Position numbers and translations under genes: made by a program. A DNA stretch of 64,000 nt from Dudresnaya verticillata (lineage: Eukaryota): the NCBI GenBank assembly GCA_977862235.1, contig OZ374558.1:124001-188000 (forward strand), in the 5' to 3' direction. The notes beneath the pieces were generated by a model. The model was not told the DNA's origin and ran no database searches. It saw only the letters and a list, made by a program, of their open reading frames with translations. Positions 61,255 through 64,000 of this stretch are shown here, in pieces; positions within the stretch are counted from its first letter, which is position 1; each line of letters starts with the position of its first letter.

Positions 61255-64000
61255 GCGCGCGGAATTATTGGCTGATCATCTCCTCTGGGAGATAGGATCG
61301 AGGTTCCGATGTCGTCTTAGTGTACCCGGTCCCCTTGACGTGGAAGAATAGCGTGCCATCTTCGGCCGTCCCATCTTCGGCCGTCCCATGGTCGAAGACC
61401 TTTTCCACCGCAAACCGCGGGACGTCGACGGCCTTTGAAGCGAGATCTTCGGCGGTGGGCAAGCACGCGCTTCGATGCACGGTGTCTTCCCGCAGAGGCG
61501 GAGGACAAAGACGGCTCGGTCCACTGCGATGCGTTCGAACAGGCCGTCTCTGTCGATAAACAACGTGCGCTCGTCGTTGAGCAGTACGCGATAAGGCCCG
61601 GTGGCCGGGCTCTTCAACTGCGGTGGTTTCGTAACCCCGTCCGTTGCGTCGATGAAGACGTAGTCCCCGGCCCTGATACGGGAGTTGACCTTGCGGACCC
61701 GTCGGTCAAAGCCCTTTTTCTAACGCCTCTGCGTTTTGGCCAAGATTGCCGAAGCCTGGCCCATGGCGGTGCCTAACCACTTGAGAAAGTCCATTTGGAC
61801 ATCTTCACTAGGTTTCGGGCGGTCGACCGCCGAGTAAAACTTAGTAAATTCCGGCGGAGGCCGTGACAGAACTACGCTGAATGGTGTAATCCTCGTCGAA
61901 CGGTGCACGTGACAGTTGTAGGAATATGTCAACGCAGAGGCGTATCGATCCCAATCATTTTGGTGATCGTTGACTTAGTTCCTCAAAATGGCCAGGACGG
62001 TCCGGTTGTAGCGTTCAGCCTGTCTATTCGACTGGGGGTGATACGCGGATGTGAACAAGTTGTTTAAACCCAAATGCCGGTAGACGGCTTGGAAGAACTT
62101 CGATGTGAACTGCTTTCCGTTGTCGGAAAGAAAGGACCTAGGGGGCCCGTAGTGGAAGACCTACTGTTCACAGAAGACAACTGTGACGTTGAAAGACGTA
62201 ATGGTGCGCAGAGGCGCGACTTATGTCAGCCTAGTAAAGCGGTCCGTCATGAAGATGAGGAATTTGCGACCAGACTTCATCTCGGGCAAGGGGCTCAGTA
62301 TGTCGATAGCGACGGACTCCAGCGGCCTGGTGACCGGGAAAAGCTTCAGCATATGAAGGTGTCTTCGCAGTCAATGCGGTTACGGGCACATTGCCTGCAG
62401 TTTATTACTGTCATGGCGATGCTGGCTGCCATATGTGGCCAGTAATAGGTCTCGCGCAGGGAGTAGAACATCTTCGTCTTCCATGGGTGGCCCGCGAAGA
62501 GGGAGTGCTGCGCGATCGTGGGCAGCCGAGGCTGTAACGACTCGGGCACCACTATCTTGTCTAGCGAAACTATGACCGTATGATGGCGGCAAAGAAGCCC
62601 ATCCCCGTCCTCATAGAAATGGCTATCTCGTCGACGGGACTGCCCTGCCAGTACTGTCTAGCAGAAAGAGTCGAGCCGCTGCGCGTCCATAAATTCCTGG
62701 ACAGAAATAGGTGAAGGAAGCTTCCCTGGCCTCACGGACGTCAAGTTCGACGGCTCGTCTCCTGCGTCGACGCGGGGGAGATTGAAGAGGTCGACGTCGT
62801 CGGTGTCGTCCCACGCCGCTTCGTCGGCCAAGTCCGGGAGTTCGTCAGCCGCGACTGTTTTGGCCGCGGTGCCGGTGCTGCTGCCCAGTGCTTCGGAACG
62901 GTCTTCGCTGGGACCGGAAGTGTCGGTGCGTTGGTATGCGAGCGTGTTGTCACCAAAACGGGAGCCGCGGGTTCAGTACCCGATCTTGCCACCGGCTTCT
63001 CAACCGAGGACTTCCGCTGCGGGCGGTTGATCGCCGGGGGTCAAAGGTAAGGACGTCGTCTTCAACCTCCTCCTGTTTACGCTGGGGCTAAACCAAGCGG
63101 GGCAGGGCATCTCGGATTTGGTGTACCCGTCCGGGGCGGTACTCGATCTGGAAGTCGAATTCTGCGAGCCGCAGGCGCCACCGGGTCAGTCGACCCGAAG
63201 AGTTGGTCAACGACATCAGCCATCGAAGCGCATCGTGATCGTTTCGAACCGTGAATCGCGTGCCTTCTATGTAGGGCCGCAGGGTCGTTATCGACCACAC
63301 AACTGCGAAGCACTCTCGCTCAGTGGCGGAGTACTTGCACTCCGCCGAGTTGAGCGAGTAGGACCAGTACCCGACTGGATGTAGCTGGCCGTCATCCTGC
63401 TCCTGCAGTAGGACGCATCCGATCTGATAAGCCGCTGCGTCCGTATCGAGGACGTAGGGTCTGCCCGTCTTGGTCAGCCGTAGGATAGGGGCGATATGAG
63501 CTTCGCTCTGAGCGTCTCATATGCCTCGAGCGCGTCGGCGCTTGGATTGTCGAAATCCATATCCGCGTCTTTGCGGGTCATGTTCGTCAGAGGACGCGCG
63601 ATCTTCGCAAAGTTGCGCACAAAGCGGCGGTAGACATTGCACGCTCCGAGGAACGACCTCACCTTAGTCAGGGAGGTCCGGAACTGCGCATGGCGGAAAG
63701 CATCGCTGCTTGTCTGCGCCATGCGTAGTTTCCCTGGTTCGATGACGTGGCCAAGATAGCCAACGCGCGACTGAAAGAAGTGGCACTTCTTCCGTTTCAG
63801 GGATACTTCTTCCTTGTGCAACAGAGTCAGCACTTGGTCTAGATGACCAATGTGCTCCGCGATCGACCGCGAGAAAATGATCACATCCTCTAAATATATC
63901 AGGCAACACTGCCATCGGAATCCGCTGCGGATGATGTCCAGTGCGCGCTGGAAGTAGCGGGGGCGTTCTTCAGCCCGAAGGACATTTGCAAGTAGCGAAA
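61255..64000 (-). mobile_element. Chromoviral Ty3/Gypsy pol remnant (RT, RNaseH, integrase, chromodomain); runs off the window
   Basis: CLIYLEDVII, VRSFLGACNVYRRF, DHDALRWL...GRLTRWRLRL, HSLFAGHP...CRQC, GPYRV, and chromodomain FAVEKVFDH...EPRSYLP containing a 15-bp tandem duplication (GTAED x2, ~61356-61389). Confidence 0.92.

Noticed and set aside
1..64000. tRNA/rRNA genes and hammerhead ribozymes in LTRs
   Set aside because: No cloverleaf, rRNA-like segment or CUGANGA...GAAA core with flanking stems was seen by eye. An Rfam/Infernal scan would be needed to exclude them.

Overview
This is eukaryotic, transposon-saturated DNA. The element types and the intronless Sel1-repeat gene suggest a red-algal (Chondrus/Gracilaria-like) genome, which is inference only. 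The one plausible host gene is a Sel1-like repeat protein at 1397-2506 (-). The rest is a nested stack of mostly decayed mobile elements: RLE-type non-LTR retrotransposons, two DIRS/Ngaro-type tyrosine-recombinase (YR) retrotransposons, Copia and chromoviral Gypsy remnants, eight TG...CA LTRs (several solo, with 5-bp TSDs), a Harbinger with an intact transposase, a CACTA-like element and a MITE. Two elements stand out. (1) A ~1.4-kb Crypton-like YR element (14781-16179) is bounded by TGATA repeats, and the left repeat contains the predicted catalytic Tyr codon. The recombinase would therefore get its own C-terminus and stop only in the excised circle, and removing the element restores the host reading frame. 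(2) A piggyBac-like element (22250-26537) has ATAT target duplications and a YqaJ/lambda-exonuclease domain inserted between its 2nd and 3rd catalytic Asp. All calls come from reading the sequence by eye; no searches were run.
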